Part shown: piece after piece, positions 8,881-19,037 of the stretch
How the letters are laid out: the number at the start of each line of letters is the position of its first letter
How positions within the stretch are numbered: the first letter of the stretch is position 1
From: an uncultured Thermococci archaeon
GTDB lineage: Archaea; Methanobacteriota_B; Thermococci; Thermococcales; Thermococcaceae
Assembly: GCA_964487115.1 (NCBI GenBank)
Contig: CAZAPD010000030.1
Location: 1-44,124 of the forward strand
Direction of reading: 5' to 3'
DNA: 44,124 bases
Position numbers and translations under genes: made by a program
Notes under the pieces: model-generated
What the model saw: only the letters and a program-made list of their open reading frames with translations
What the model was told of the DNA's origin: nothing
The model's database searches: none

Positions 8881-10586
8881 GTTAACACCCCCAGTATGGG
8901 CCATATAACTCCACTAAATGTCATCATTTTTCCCATAATTACCTGTCCAATATACAATGCTATAGCTGCAATCCACGTCAGAACTACAAAATGATATATT
9001 GATATTCCCAGATGCCCACCATCGGCAAGTTTTATGGAGAAGGAGGATAGGAATGCATGCAACAACAATATCGCGGTTAAAATATAACTTGTTAGTTCGA
9101 GACCACTTGATGATGGGACGAATATTATGTTTTTTAGAAAATCTCCTGTTATCGGTATATTCGAAAAGAGATGGTTCATATAAACTGCAACCTGAAATGC
9201 TGCAGCGACTGAAAAAGCAAAAGCTCCGGTAATGCCATAGATAACACCTCTGAAACTGGCTACATTTTGCTGTCTTTTTCTTCTGAGCCTCACAAGACGT
9301 TCAAAATTTCTTGAGATAACCATTCCTACATAATCTGGCTCAGCACCTAATTTTATGCTTTTTTTGAATATCTCTGAAAATATTCCTATAAGCCAACTGC
9401 CAGTATCCGAAGCAAAATAGTTCCATGATTTACTATCATCAATTCTCATAGCTACTCTGCGATATAGATTCCTGATGTCATCAGTTAGAGTTCCGAAGTC
9501 ATGAGAACTCAGATATTTCAGGACTAAGTGGAGGGATGCTCCGCTGGCAGCAAGAGAGGAGCTTAGGCTCCTTATAAATGCCGGGAAGTTTTCGTCTTTT
9601 ATCATTATACTATGTTCCTCTTTTTCTATAACTTTGCCTAAATAAATCAGTGGTGTTATTACAAAGGCTATTCCTACCAAAAGGGGCAAATTAAAACGAG
9701 GCCGTATTATGAGTAGGTACAGAACTGCGGAGATAATTATGCCGACAATGGATATGATAACTGCTTTAATTAGTCTCATTCTTCTCTCTGAAGTCATCGC
9801 ATTTTCGGACCAAATTCTATCTTCTGGCATTCTGTATTTTATAACGACTAAAATACCAATTTCCGTTGCAAGAACTAAAATAAACATAAATACACTCATG
9901 CTAACAATGTCTTGTCCTGTTATTATTGGGCCGATAATGATGAATGTCACCATAAAAACAACGGAGATTATCAAAGATGAATAAATTTCTTTAAAAACAT
10001 CAAGATCATACAGGGCACCCTCATAGAAAGTCTCATAATCATCCATAACAGTTTTCTGTTCTTGGAGCAGGTAGTCTTTTAATTCGACGCCGCTGTCTAA
10101 GGAATAAGCTAATCTTTCAAGGAAATCGGAGAAAACTTTGCTGGGAGTTCTCTTGGCAAGAAATCTCAAAGCCTCTGGCATTCCTCTGTGTAATTTGGCA
10201 ACAAGGTAGTAGACCTTCTTCATGTCACTTGCTATAGGTTCGAGAATTTTCTCCGTTGACAGGTTCCATACTAAATCGCTTCTGCCTACGTCACTCGTGG
10301 ATAATACGGCAAAATATGTAGCAAAATAGGGTATTCTGGAGTTTATCTTAACTTTCTTGCCACTGACCCTCGCATATGGGTAGGAGACTGCATATAGCAT
10401 GGGGAGGGCAGGAATTGCATAGAGAGCCATGAGTATTATCTTAGGGAGGGTTATGAATCTGGTGAGCAGAAGCATCACGGTGAATAGTGCTATAGAGAGG
10501 ACTAAGCTTGGAGCTAATATCTTTCTGAGGTAATATCTTATCGTTAAATCCGATTGAATAAATATTCCGGCTTTTTCTTTCGGCAT
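8877..10586 (-). CDS. flaJ: Archaellum membrane platform protein ArlJ (FlaJ)
   Basis: Polytopic T2SS-F-like protein with RTPSKVFSDFLERLAYSLDSG and FPAFIRSL motifs; follows the arlI ATPase. Confidence 0.95.
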   Translation of the reverse strand: MPKEKAGIFIQSDLTIRYYLRKILAPSLVLSIALFTVMLLLTRFITLPKIILMALYAIPALPMLYAVSYPYARVSGKKVKINSRIPYFATYFAVLSTSDVGRSDLVWNLSTEKILEPIASDMKKVYYLVAKLHRGMPEALRFLAKRTPSKVFSDFLERLAYSLDSGVELKDYLLQEQKTVMDDYETFYEGALYDLDVFKEIYSSLIISVVFMVTFIIIGPIITGQDIVSMSVFMFILVLATEIGILVVIKYRMPEDRIWSENAMTSERRMRLIKAVIISIVGIIISAVLYLLIIRPRFNLPLLVGIAFVITPLIYLGKVIEKEEHSIMIKDENFPAFIRSLSSSLAASGASLHLVLKYLSSHDFGTLTDDIRNLYRRVAMRIDDSKSWNYFASDTGSWLIGIFSEIFKKSIKLGAEPDYVGMVISRNFERLVRLRRKRQQNVASFRGVIYGITGAFAFSVAAAFQVAVYMNHLFSNIPITGDFLKNIIFVPSSSGLELTSYILTAILLLHAFLSSFSIKLADGGHLGISIYHFVVLTWIAAIALYIGQVIMGKMMTFSGVIWPILGVLT

Positions 10587-10604
10587 ATCCCTCCCCTCTA
10601 CAAT

Positions 10605-12227
10605 CTACAATCTGAAGCTTAGACCTTCGATACCGCGTTCATAGAAGTTTTTGATTTCTCTATGAACCGCATGGTAATCCGTAATTCCGAGCTCTATCAT
10701 GCGCTTGATTATTCGGGCCCTTAGGAAAAGCTCGTTGTATATATCTTTTGGATCCTCATAACCTGCAACCTCCGCTATTTTTCTCTCAAGAATGTATGAG
10801 TTGTTCATCCCTCTGAAAATATGCCTGTCAGAAACAGGATCCCATTCAAAGACATTTCTTGTCGCTACTCCACCTAATTCTTCATAATATCCCTCAATTT
10901 CGACCACACTCACGACTCTTCTGAGGAATTTTCCCCTGACATAGACTGCTTGCTGGAATAAAGCAATATTGAGATTATCAATGAATGTGACTGGAACATT
11001 AATTGGCGAGCCGGTGAAACGTTGGATCATCTTTTTGATGTCTCCAGCATGAAATGTAGACATAACTGGATGTCCGGTCTGCATTGCTTGAAAAGCTATT
11101 GCACCTTCAGCTCCTCTAATCTCCCCTACAATGATATAGTTGGGTCTTGATCTAAGAGCCGCTTTAAGCAAATCAAACAGAGTAACTCTGGATTCTTCAG
11201 GCCCTCTTTCTCTTGTTGTCAACCTCTGCCATGTTTTATGGGGAACGATAACCTCGGGGGTATCTTCTGCAGTGTATATCTTTGCATCTGGCTTGATAAA
11301 TGGAATAATAGAATTAAGGGTAGTTGTTTTTCCACTGGCTGTCTCTCCACAGACAAATATACTCATTCCATATTCTAAGGCAAGCCATAGATATGCCGCA
11401 ACTTCTGCGGAGAAGGTATTCCATTTAACCAACTGAGTGACACTAAGTGGAGTCGCAGAAAATTTCCTGATTGTAGCACTTGGACCCTTTATACTGACAT
11501 CTGGGCTGTAGATGATGTTTATTCTTGAGCCATCTGGGAGGGTACCATCAACGACGGGATTTTTATCACTTACAGGTCTGCCCATTCTCTCACTCAGGTT
11601 TTTAAAATAATCCGCTAATTTTATGTTGTCTCCAAAATCAATGTTGGTTGGTAGAGCCTCGAATATCTTGTGAATTAACGACACATATTTTGCTCCAATT
11701 ATATGTATATCCTCAATATATGGGTCTCTCATCAGGGGTTCTAAAGGTCCAATACCTACTATATCCCTCTTTAACAGATATCTGAATTTCTCAGCTTCTT
11801 CTCTGGTTATTTGAACCTTGTTCCGATTGAAAAAGCCTTCAGATAATTTTCTCAAGGCTTCATTAAAAAGTTCATCAAGAAAAAGCTCGAATTCTTCTTT
11901 ATCTTCTGGAATTCTTTTAGTTGGAGCTATTTCGAGTATTTTATCCTTTATGATTTCGTATTTCTCTTCCTCTTGTTGAGTTACAATTCTGGGTTCTATA
12001 ATTATGTACTTTCTCTCTGTGTGGATATCTCCATAAATGTGTATAAAAATTGGGTCTCCTACTGGATATATTATGTTGGGATATTTTATATCCTTCATGT
12101 CTCTGCTCAATTGGGGATAAAATTCCGGGAATTTACCAGTTTTCCTGACGAAGTTGTCTATATACCTCTTCAAATGCGGGTTTCGAGCCATTGCAGTTTC
12201 GATATTGTCGCTGATTCTCTCTGCCAT
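10605..12227 (-). CDS. flaI: Archaellum motor ATPase ArlI (FlaI)
   Basis: Walker A GETASGKTT, LLKAALRSRPNYIIVGEIRG, MQTGHPVMSTFHA, YPVGDPIFIHIY. Confidence 0.97.
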   Translation of the reverse strand: MAERISDNIETAMARNPHLKRYIDNFVRKTGKFPEFYPQLSRDMKDIKYPNIIYPVGDPIFIHIYGDIHTERKYIIIEPRIVTQQEEEKYEIIKDKILEIAPTKRIPEDKEEFELFLDELFNEALRKLSEGFFNRNKVQITREEAEKFRYLLKRDIVGIGPLEPLMRDPYIEDIHIIGAKYVSLIHKIFEALPTNIDFGDNIKLADYFKNLSERMGRPVSDKNPVVDGTLPDGSRINIIYSPDVSIKGPSATIRKFSATPLSVTQLVKWNTFSAEVAAYLWLALEYGMSIFVCGETASGKTTTLNSIIPFIKPDAKIYTAEDTPEVIVPHKTWQRLTTRERGPEESRVTLFDLLKAALRSRPNYIIVGEIRGAEGAIAFQAMQTGHPVMSTFHAGDIKKMIQRFTGSPINVPVTFIDNLNIALFQQAVYVRGKFLRRVVSVVEIEGYYEELGGVATRNVFEWDPVSDRHIFRGMNNSYILERKIAEVAGYEDPKDIYNELFLRARIIKRMIELGITDYHAVHREIKNFYERGIEGLSFRL

Positions 12228-12228
12228 A

Positions 12229-12924
12229 TCACACCACCGCGGCTATTTCGACTATAAATCCAACTTTTGGTTCTACTCTAAATGGAATAATCTTCTGGAA
12301 AACACCAGCGGCGTTGTTATACTTCACAATTGTAGCAGAATTCTTCAAATCTCCACCAAAAGTTTTCACGCTGAGCCTAATCAGCACGCTCGAAATTTCC
12401 TCAAGAACACGAACCACTGATTTATCAATATCTGCGGGATTGAGAGTCATCATAATAACCTTCCCCAATGAACTCAGCTTTTTTAAGTGAACTGTGAGGA
12501 GTTTCATTTCATTCTCGCTTATTTCCTCTGGCAATATCGATGAGATAGCATCAACTATCACAACATCCTTCTCCCAAATTCTGGATTCTCCTAAAAATCT
12601 TGGTAAAAATTTCTCTCTCTCTGAAATTCCTATTAGAAGGGGGTACAATGAGATAAAAAGTAATTTACGCCGGATCAAATCCTTAATAATGCTATATCCG
12701 AGAGATTCCATCTGATTTATAAATTCTGGCGTTGTATATTGGCTTGAAATATAAGAAACACTATGATCATTTCTCAAGAAGCCATAGAGGAGTCTCTGGG
12801 AGAATATGGACTTACCCGTCCCTCTATCCCCCTCGATTAAGATTATACTGCCTGGGGGGATGCCCCCTCCTAATCTTCGATGAAGCTCATCGTTTGGGAT
12901 CTGGATTTTAAGGATAGTCTCCAT
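12229..12924 (-). CDS. flaH: Archaellum KaiC-like ATP-binding protein ArlH (FlaH)
   Basis: NDELHRRLGGGIPPGSIILIEGDRGTGKS...IPFRVEPKVGFIVEIAAV. Confidence 0.96.
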   Translation of the reverse strand: METILKIQIPNDELHRRLGGGIPPGSIILIEGDRGTGKSIFSQRLLYGFLRNDHSVSYISSQYTTPEFINQMESLGYSIIKDLIRRKLLFISLYPLLIGISEREKFLPRFLGESRIWEKDVVIVDAISSILPEEISENEMKLLTVHLKKLSSLGKVIMMTLNPADIDKSVVRVLEEISSVLIRLSVKTFGGDLKNSATIVKYNNAAGVFQKIIPFRVEPKVGFIVEIAAVV

Positions 12925-12929
12925 ATTCC

Positions 12930-13388
12930 TCACCCTATTTTGAATATCAATGATTTCTGTTTACCATCTGCTAATACTACTACGATTTTGTGGTATCCTG
13001 TAGATAACAGGGTAACAACTTGAATTTCACCGATATCATATGGCTGTAACTTATCTGAACCCGGATTATCAAGATTGGTGAATGTTAGATTTGCTGGGGG
13101 TATGAGATTACCATCTATAAACACGACAACTGAATTGTTATTGAAGGTAAAAGGTACTTTTCCAATATTTCGAACATAGAATATATATGCCCCCCCACTT
13201 ACAGGAATATTCTCGGGATCATTTATTATCGCGAAATTTACCCTCAGATTATATGCTAAGTCCTTCCCACGCAGGGTTATCCCGTCAGAAAGATCCTGTG
13301 TAACCATATATAGCCCACCAGCCACCATGCCTGCAATGAGCAATGATGCTATAAAGAGCACCAATTCTGATACTACTGAACTTGCCAT
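12930..13388 (-). CDS. flaG: Archaellum stator protein ArlG (FlaG)
   Basis: MASSVVSELVLFIASLLIAGMVAG; FAIINDP; YVRNIG; position in the cluster. Confidence 0.93.
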   Translation of the reverse strand: MASSVVSELVLFIASLLIAGMVAGGLYMVTQDLSDGITLRGKDLAYNLRVNFAIINDPENIPVSGGAYIFYVRNIGKVPFTFNNNSVVVFIDGNLIPPANLTFTNLDNPGSDKLQPYDIGEIQVVTLLSTGYHKIVVVLADGKQKSLIFKIG

Positions 13389-13390
13389 GG

Positions 13391-13903
13391 TTACCCCTCC
13401 ACCGGACAGTACCAAGCACTTACGAGTAGTTTAGGCCATCCAACGGTTATGTTGCCTACCCATTCCCAGTTGATTTTTAGATTACAGCCTGTTTCTGTAT
13501 TTATTACGAGGGAGTGCACTAAAGTATCCTTTGGAACATTTTGAACTGTCACGAGGATGACTTCTCCCGGCAGGAGATACGATTCATTTTGAATATCAAC
13601 TACACCAGCTGTTGTTACCAAATTCCCGTCATAGATAAAGCTCCATTCCTTTGGTGATAGTGTAGTACCCTCATTTGTGACATTAAATGTGATGTTGTAT
13701 AAGGAAATCCCGGAGATTGTTGAATAGTTGTAGAGGTCACCTTCCAACAATGAAGTTTTTGCCTTTAAGAATGCGTTGTTGTAATCTGAAGTCGCCTCCT
13801 TAACGTATCCAAATGCATTTTCTGTAGCTACATAAAGTATGCCAATCGAGAGTAATGTGGCAGTGAATAATATTGCAAATGTTGCTGAAACACTGAATCC
13901 CAT
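13391..13903 (-). CDS. flaF: Archaellum stator protein ArlF (FlaF)
   Basis: MGFSVSATFAILF; VTNEGTTL; YLLPGE; INTETG. Confidence 0.92.
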   Translation of the reverse strand: MGFSVSATFAILFTATLLSIGILYVATENAFGYVKEATSDYNNAFLKAKTSLLEGDLYNYSTISGISLYNITFNVTNEGTTLSPKEWSFIYDGNLVTTAGVVDIQNESYLLPGEVILVTVQNVPKDTLVHSLVINTETGCNLKINWEWVGNITVGWPKLLVSAWYCPVEG

Positions 13904-13921
13904 GGGAATCCCCTGAACATT

Positions 13922-14779
13922 TTAAACTCCATAAACCTCCTCCAATACCCGGTTGATCACCTTCATCTCCCTTTCAATTGAGTCCAAGATTTCACGAGTT
14001 ATCTTGACTCCTCTGAGTCTCTCTATGAAGAGCAGTGAAATTAAATGATCCTGTATAGTCAATTTATCTTCGGGTCTCCAGTTGGGCTCTCTATGGTGTG
14101 GTTTTGTTCCATTTGCATACTTGAGCATAGTATTCAGGACATCTTCTGATATCCATCCAATTTCGTAGTAAAATTCAAGTACTTGTTCTAAATTCTGCAT
14201 GCCCACTCTATCTATGAGGAAACCGAGCCATTTTAGGGCTATTAGAGTAGATGCCATATCTTGGGGTATTTTCTCCAGTCTGGCTTTCCCATTGGATGAT
14301 GCATAAGGAACAATCAAGCTCTCTCTAATCTCAGGAGGAATTTCTAATCCTTTTTCCATAGGCTTCTCCCCCTTAACAGCCTCAACAGCAGTTTCAACTC
14401 CATGTTCGGGAGCTTTAACATTCTCAATTAACTCGGAGGTAGAAAGCTGGGTTTCTTGTGGATACTGGGTTGTCGTGGTCTCTGGGCCACTATATTCTTT
14501 TCCTTTTCTCCCTTTTCTCTCTTCTTTTTGCTCTAATAGTAAGCTCCTTATCTCCTCAAGATATCTGCCTATTTCTTCTACTCTCTTGTCCAGGTTTATA
14601 AGACGGGTAACTTGGCCTGAATATGTTTGAATAACCCGGTCTATTATTTTATCAAGTTGTTCTGGACTTAGGATGTCCTTTTTGTTCAGGAGCTTTTCTT
14701 TTAAGTCATCTATAAGGACATTGGGGACTTTTCCCTTGAGTTTTTTGAGCCTCTCATCGATCTCGATCTCTGTAATCAT
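13922..14779 (-). CDS. flaD: Archaellum accessory protein ArlD/E (FlaD/E)
   Basis: C-terminal FlaD/E domain ALKWLGFLIDRVG...LEFYYEIGWIS...KLTIQDHLISLLFIERLRG; ATGA overlap with arlC. Confidence 0.93.
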   Translation of the reverse strand: MITEIEIDERLKKLKGKVPNVLIDDLKEKLLNKKDILSPEQLDKIIDRVIQTYSGQVTRLINLDKRVEEIGRYLEEIRSLLLEQKEERKGRKGKEYSGPETTTTQYPQETQLSTSELIENVKAPEHGVETAVEAVKGEKPMEKGLEIPPEIRESLIVPYASSNGKARLEKIPQDMASTLIALKWLGFLIDRVGMQNLEQVLEFYYEIGWISEDVLNTMLKYANGTKPHHREPNWRPEDKLTIQDHLISLLFIERLRGVKITREILDSIEREMKVINRVLEEVYGV

Positions 14780-15294
14780 AACTCTCCCTCCTCAAGGACA
14801 TCATATATAAGCTCATCAATGTTGATGCCATGCATAGCGAGCAATCTCAGATCTGACTTTATTTGGGTAATCTCAGTCCTTAGCTCCTCGACCTGTTTGG
14901 AGAGATTGTGGATTTCATTGACAAGTGGATTGTCTTTTTCCTGATCCTTGAATGGATTAACTTCCTGTGATACAACTTCATACAGCATCATAACATCTTT
15001 GATGGTTTTGTTGAGTTTTTCCATTTCCTCTCTAAGCTCTTGAATCTGAGATTTCAAGGTATCAATACTAACTTTTATCCTTGGGATGTCATTTTCTATC
15101 TCATTAATCCTCGTCATAACTTGAGTTAGTAGCTCCTCTTCTTCTTTCTTTTTCTCATTTTGTTCTGTACTTTCGCTTGTTTCTTCATTTACATTCTCCA
15201 ATTCGTCTAATTTGATTATTTCCACGTTGTTATCCTCTTTCACCTCTTCCTCCTTTTTTTTCTTGAATTTGTTTTTGAGGTATGAGAAGGACAT
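14776..15294 (-). CDS. flaC: Archaellum accessory protein ArlC (FlaC)
   Basis: Coiled coil plus IKDVMMLYEVVSQEVNPF signature. Confidence 0.92.
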   Translation of the reverse strand: MSFSYLKNKFKKKKEEEVKEDNNVEIIKLDELENVNEETSESTEQNEKKKEEEELLTQVMTRINEIENDIPRIKVSIDTLKSQIQELREEMEKLNKTIKDVMMLYEVVSQEVNPFKDQEKDNPLVNEIHNLSKQVEELRTEITQIKSDLRLLAMHGINIDELIYDVLEEGEL

Positions 15295-15364
15295 CTCTGT
15301 TCCCTCCAGCTTGAATTAAGAGTAAAAAGAAAGGCTGTGGAAAAATGCAAATAAGTTAAAGACG

Positions 15365-16024
15365 TCACTTGAGATCTACTATCTTGTCGGTGTCACTGAG
15401 ACCATAGGCCGTTGGAGTAACAACCTTGGCATATCCGGGTGCTCCAAACTCTGGAACAACCTTGATTGTTATCGGGGTTCTGGGTTTAACACCGCCAAAG
15501 ACTGCAGTGAGGTTGACTGTGAGCAGGGCTATGTCGCCGGTAGTCAATGTTGGAATGGTTCCTCCGAGAGAGTTATCAGCGTCCTGAACTATAAGAATTC
15601 CAAAGTGGGTACTGTCGACTAAGCTACTGTTCCAGGCTGTAGAGGTTGTGTCGAACATGTTACCACTTATTGTAGCCTTTGCATTTCCGTACGAAAGAAC
15701 AACCTGTTTCTGTCCGTCATCTAAATACACCTTTGTCTGGTTGAGGTCAATTGGATTACTTCCCGCGTTGAGGGAGACTTGTATCGTCATCAGGGTTAAG
15801 TTGTTTGAACTTGGAGCATAGCCGGTGATAGCATCAATCTGGATACCACTTGAAACTTCTTGGGTTGTCTGCCTGCCTGTGCTCTCAGCTCTCTGTTGCA
15901 GATATCCGCTGGTGTTTATTAGGACTGCTGCTGCTACTGCCGCTACCAGCACCATCGCTATAAATACTATTAAGGTACCAATTCCAATCGCACCTCTCTT
16001 CTTCTTTTTTAAAACAAATCCCAT
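15365..16024 (-). CDS. flaB: Archaellin ArlB (FlaB)
   Basis: Class III signal [42 protein letters not shown]-terminal [18 protein letters not shown]. Confidence 0.97.
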   Translation of the reverse strand: MGFVLKKKKRGAIGIGTLIVFIAMVLVAAVAAAVLINTSGYLQQRAESTGRQTTQEVSSGIQIDAITGYAPSSNNLTLMTIQVSLNAGSNPIDLNQTKVYLDDGQKQVVLSYGNAKATISGNMFDTTSTAWNSSLVDSTHFGILIVQDADNSLGGTIPTLTTGDIALLTVNLTAVFGGVKPRTPITIKVVPEFGAPGYAKVVTPTAYGLSDTDKIVDLK

Positions 16025-16073
16025 ATTTTGGCACCTCCACTAAATGTTTTGCAATAGAGAATAAGTAATTTTG

Positions 16074-16130
16074 GATATAAATCAATTTTTTGTTCTTATG
16101 TATGCACATAGGAATGTATCTACATATGTA
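16074..16130 (-). promoter_or_regulatory. Archaellin promoter (TTTATATC, 16074-16081) with upstream EarA-type TACATA boxes
   Basis: Plus-strand TATGTA 16097-16102, CACATA 16105-16110, AATGTA 16113-16118, TACATA 16121-16126 overlapping TATGTA 16125-16130. Confidence 0.8.
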
Positions 16131-16175
16131 GGTTTGAACTAGTGAGAATAGTAATAAATAGCTTGGAGACCGGCA

Positions 16176-17135
16176 TCACATTTTTGTTATGACGAGGACA
16201 GATTTTCCAAGCTCATTGAATTTAAATTCAGTATTGCTGTTTTCCAGGGCATTTAAAATTGCAGACTTGGTAGGAAATGCAATAAATTCTTTTGATAGGC
16301 TTTCAAAAAATTCCCATGCGGAGATATTTGGATAATTTTCTTTAAATGGCTCAACTATTATAAGTTTTCCATTTTCGTTGAGAATGCTCATTGCAGTCTT
16401 TATAACACGATTGATACTATCTAAATACTCAAGAACGAAACTCATTATAACGACATCATACTTATTCTTTGGTATTATCTTTTTAATATCCATTTCTTTT
16501 AGGGTCACCCAATCGAATCCTGCACTTTTTACTCTGCTCTCTGCGATACTTAAAATTCCCGGAGAAAAATCTATTCCTACATATTTACCATTTGGACCAA
16601 GGAATTGGCCGATCTCCAAAGGAGAGACAGAACCACATCCCAAGTCCAAAACACTCGTATCATCATGTAATTTTGCAACATCCGCTATTATTTTCCTGTA
16701 TATGCTATTAAACTCCAGGGATAACCTCATGTCCCAAAAGTCTGCATCTTTATCAAAGTCCATCAAAATTTTTGGATGTTCTGGAGTTATGGAAGCATAG
16801 TCAACCATCTTATAAATTTCTTCAAAGATGGGAACCCATCCAGGGAGAAGATGTTGGGCATTTCTCGGGGAGAGCTTTAGTAGATATTCAAATTCATCCA
16901 TTACAATATTCCCATTTTCTTTTTTGATTATCCCAAGCTGGATATAGGTATCCAAGAGCTTTTTCAAAAGGGATTTATTCCCAAATGACATGGAATTTAT
17001 GAGAGCATTATACGGTTGCTTTTCAGACAATCGGCTAAAGATACCATATTTCAATCCAAGCTGAAAAAGATGGACAACAGAGATTTGAACCATTGCGGAT
17101 ATATTTTCATCCAATTTTCTGATTAAATTCCTCAT
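16176..17135 (-). CDS. Archaellum-associated class I SAM-dependent methyltransferase
   Basis: VLDLGCGS, YVGIDFSPGIL, KYDVVIMSFVLEYL, LNENGKLIIVE; lies between earA and arlB. Confidence 0.88.
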   Translation of the reverse strand: MRNLIRKLDENISAMVQISVVHLFQLGLKYGIFSRLSEKQPYNALINSMSFGNKSLLKKLLDTYIQLGIIKKENGNIVMDEFEYLLKLSPRNAQHLLPGWVPIFEEIYKMVDYASITPEHPKILMDFDKDADFWDMRLSLEFNSIYRKIIADVAKLHDDTSVLDLGCGSVSPLEIGQFLGPNGKYVGIDFSPGILSIAESRVKSAGFDWVTLKEMDIKKIIPKNKYDVVIMSFVLEYLDSINRVIKTAMSILNENGKLIIVEPFKENYPNISAWEFFESLSKEFIAFPTKSAILNALENSNTEFKFNELGKSVLVITKM

Positions 17136-17144
17136 CTAACCACC

Positions 17145-17465
17145 TCACATAAATCTGTTGTAGTATAGGTGATATGATTTAAGCAGTTCAACAACTTTCT
17201 TTCCATATTCCGTTAGTCTATAATACTTGAATCCATCCCGCTCAACAATTTCAACAAGGCCAAGGCTCACGAGAGAACTACTTCCGTTATATCTATTTCC
17301 AAGACCTATAAGGGCACCCTTAACATTTGAAGGGTCTGATTTAACTACCCTTGCAATTTCAGCAAGATATGTGGGGGAAGGATAGATTTCATGCAAATAT
17401 AATAAAATCCTCTTTCTGAGTTCACTGCGGTTTATTGATCTTATTACAAAGGGGTCGATGTACAT
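17145..17465 (-). CDS. earA: Archaellum operon transcriptional activator, EarA family
   Basis: IRSINRSELRKRILLYLHEIYPSPTYLAEIARVVKSDPSNVKGALIGLGNRY...SLVSLGLVE...FKYYRLTEYG; adjacent to the arl cluster. Confidence 0.9.
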   Translation of the reverse strand: MYIDPFVIRSINRSELRKRILLYLHEIYPSPTYLAEIARVVKSDPSNVKGALIGLGNRYNGSSSLVSLGLVEIVERDGFKYYRLTEYGKKVVELLKSYHLYYNRFM

Positions 17466-17577
17466 TGGAATCCCCCCAACAAAATACTTGATGATTTTAA
17501 GGAAAACTGATTTTATTCGTTAAATTATTGGATATTATTGTATATAAGCCTTACTGTTTGAAATTAAACTCAACAAA

Positions 17578-18819
17578 CTACAAATCAGAAAAAGATGTCT
17601 TAATTTTCGGAAATTTTCCAGTATCATAAATCACATCGCCATTGACAAAAACCATCTCGACATCACTTCCCTTTGCACTATAAACAAGATGTGAGAGGTA
17701 ATATCCTTCAGGTAAAAAATGGGGCTTTTTTGTATTTAACAAGACCAAATCTGCCAAATAATCTTTCCCTATCAAACCGGATTTTAGCCTTAGAGCTTTA
17801 GCTCCACCTAAAGTGGCCCAATAGAACACTTCTTCTGCTTTAATTTTCTCTGGACCTGCCTTAACCTTGTTTAAGATGGCCGTCATTTTCATCTCTTCAA
17901 TCATATCCAGTGAATTGTTGGAAGCTGCACAATCGTTTCCCAGAGATATATTGGACCCAGCTTTCCAAAGTTCTATTATTGGAGCAATAGCCCCTTCAAG
18001 CTTAGCCAAACTCGTTGGACAGTGTGCTAATGTGGCTTTAGACTTGGCAAATAGAGCGATTTCCCTATCTGTTAAATACACTCCATGAGCTGCAATTAAG
18101 TTTTCGTTTAGAATACCGCTTTTCTGTAAATATTCCACGGGATATAGACCCTCCCTTTTTCTTACTTTCCTAACTTCCTCCCTACTTTGAGAAAGATGGA
18201 TGTGTATGAGGCCATTTTCTTTTTTTGCAAAATTTCCAATATCCTCCAGTAGATCACGGGATACTGTATCTGTGGCGTGAGGGGCAAGTGTCGCAGTTAT
18301 CAATCTGCATTTTTTCCATCGTTTGAAGAATTTAAAGCCCTCTTTCGGTTCTGCAAGTGGAAAATCAATTAGATCCATGACAGTTTGACCAATAAACGTT
18401 CTCACTCCAATTTCTTGGGCGGCTCTGGCAATTTCCTCGGCAAAGAAGTAGTGCTCATTTACTGTTGTTGAGCCATTCGAAACAGCTTCCATTAGTCCTA
18501 TTAGAGCCCATTTTCTGAGGTCTTTTCTATCCCACTTCATTTCCATTGGCCATATAACTTCATTCAACCACGTATTTAACGGTAAATCATCCCCTAATCC
18601 CCTAAATTTTGTCATGGCGACATGGGTATGTGAATTAATGAGACCAGGTATTATCAAATACCCTTCTCCACCAAAAACCTCATCCACCTCGTATTCCTTT
18701 ATTTTATCCACCGGGATGATGTCATAAATCCGTTCCCCTTCGATTAGAACTGCAACATTTTTCCTAATGCTCCTGATGTCCATGGCAGTTCCAATTAGAG
18801 CCTTCATGTTCTTCACCAT
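17578..18819 (-). CDS. Amidohydrolase (MTA/SAH-deaminase/Atz-Trz-like family)
   Basis: IPGLINSHTH, LAPHA, IHIHLSQ, IAAHGV, AHCPTS, SLGNDCAASNNSLDM, ATLGGAKAL, ADLVLL. Confidence 0.88.
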   Translation of the reverse strand: MVKNMKALIGTAMDIRSIRKNVAVLIEGERIYDIIPVDKIKEYEVDEVFGGEGYLIIPGLINSHTHVAMTKFRGLGDDLPLNTWLNEVIWPMEMKWDRKDLRKWALIGLMEAVSNGSTTVNEHYFFAEEIARAAQEIGVRTFIGQTVMDLIDFPLAEPKEGFKFFKRWKKCRLITATLAPHATDTVSRDLLEDIGNFAKKENGLIHIHLSQSREEVRKVRKREGLYPVEYLQKSGILNENLIAAHGVYLTDREIALFAKSKATLAHCPTSLAKLEGAIAPIIELWKAGSNISLGNDCAASNNSLDMIEEMKMTAILNKVKAGPEKIKAEEVFYWATLGGAKALRLKSGLIGKDYLADLVLLNTKKPHFLPEGYYLSHLVYSAKGSDVEMVFVNGDVIYDTGKFPKIKTSFSDL

Positions 18820-19037
18820 TTAAAGATTGTCAGCTTTCCTATTTAAATGTTGTCAGAATGTCAAGCATAAAAGCGAATGATTTAAATAGCATTCAACCCC
18901 CATGCCTATCATGCCCCTGTTACTGCAACCCAAAGCTGAACGCTTTAAGGCACTTTCACTCTGGATGAATAGACTTTTCTAAATGATTAGTGGATAAATT
19001 AATAAGTGGAGAATTGAACTTTGAGGAGGTGTTTAGG

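Noticed and set aside
17488..17510. TTGATGA-N12-CTGA resembling a C/D box sRNA
   Set aside because: Only one C/D pair, an AT-rich would-be guide, no second box pair, and it lies antisense in the earA leader region.
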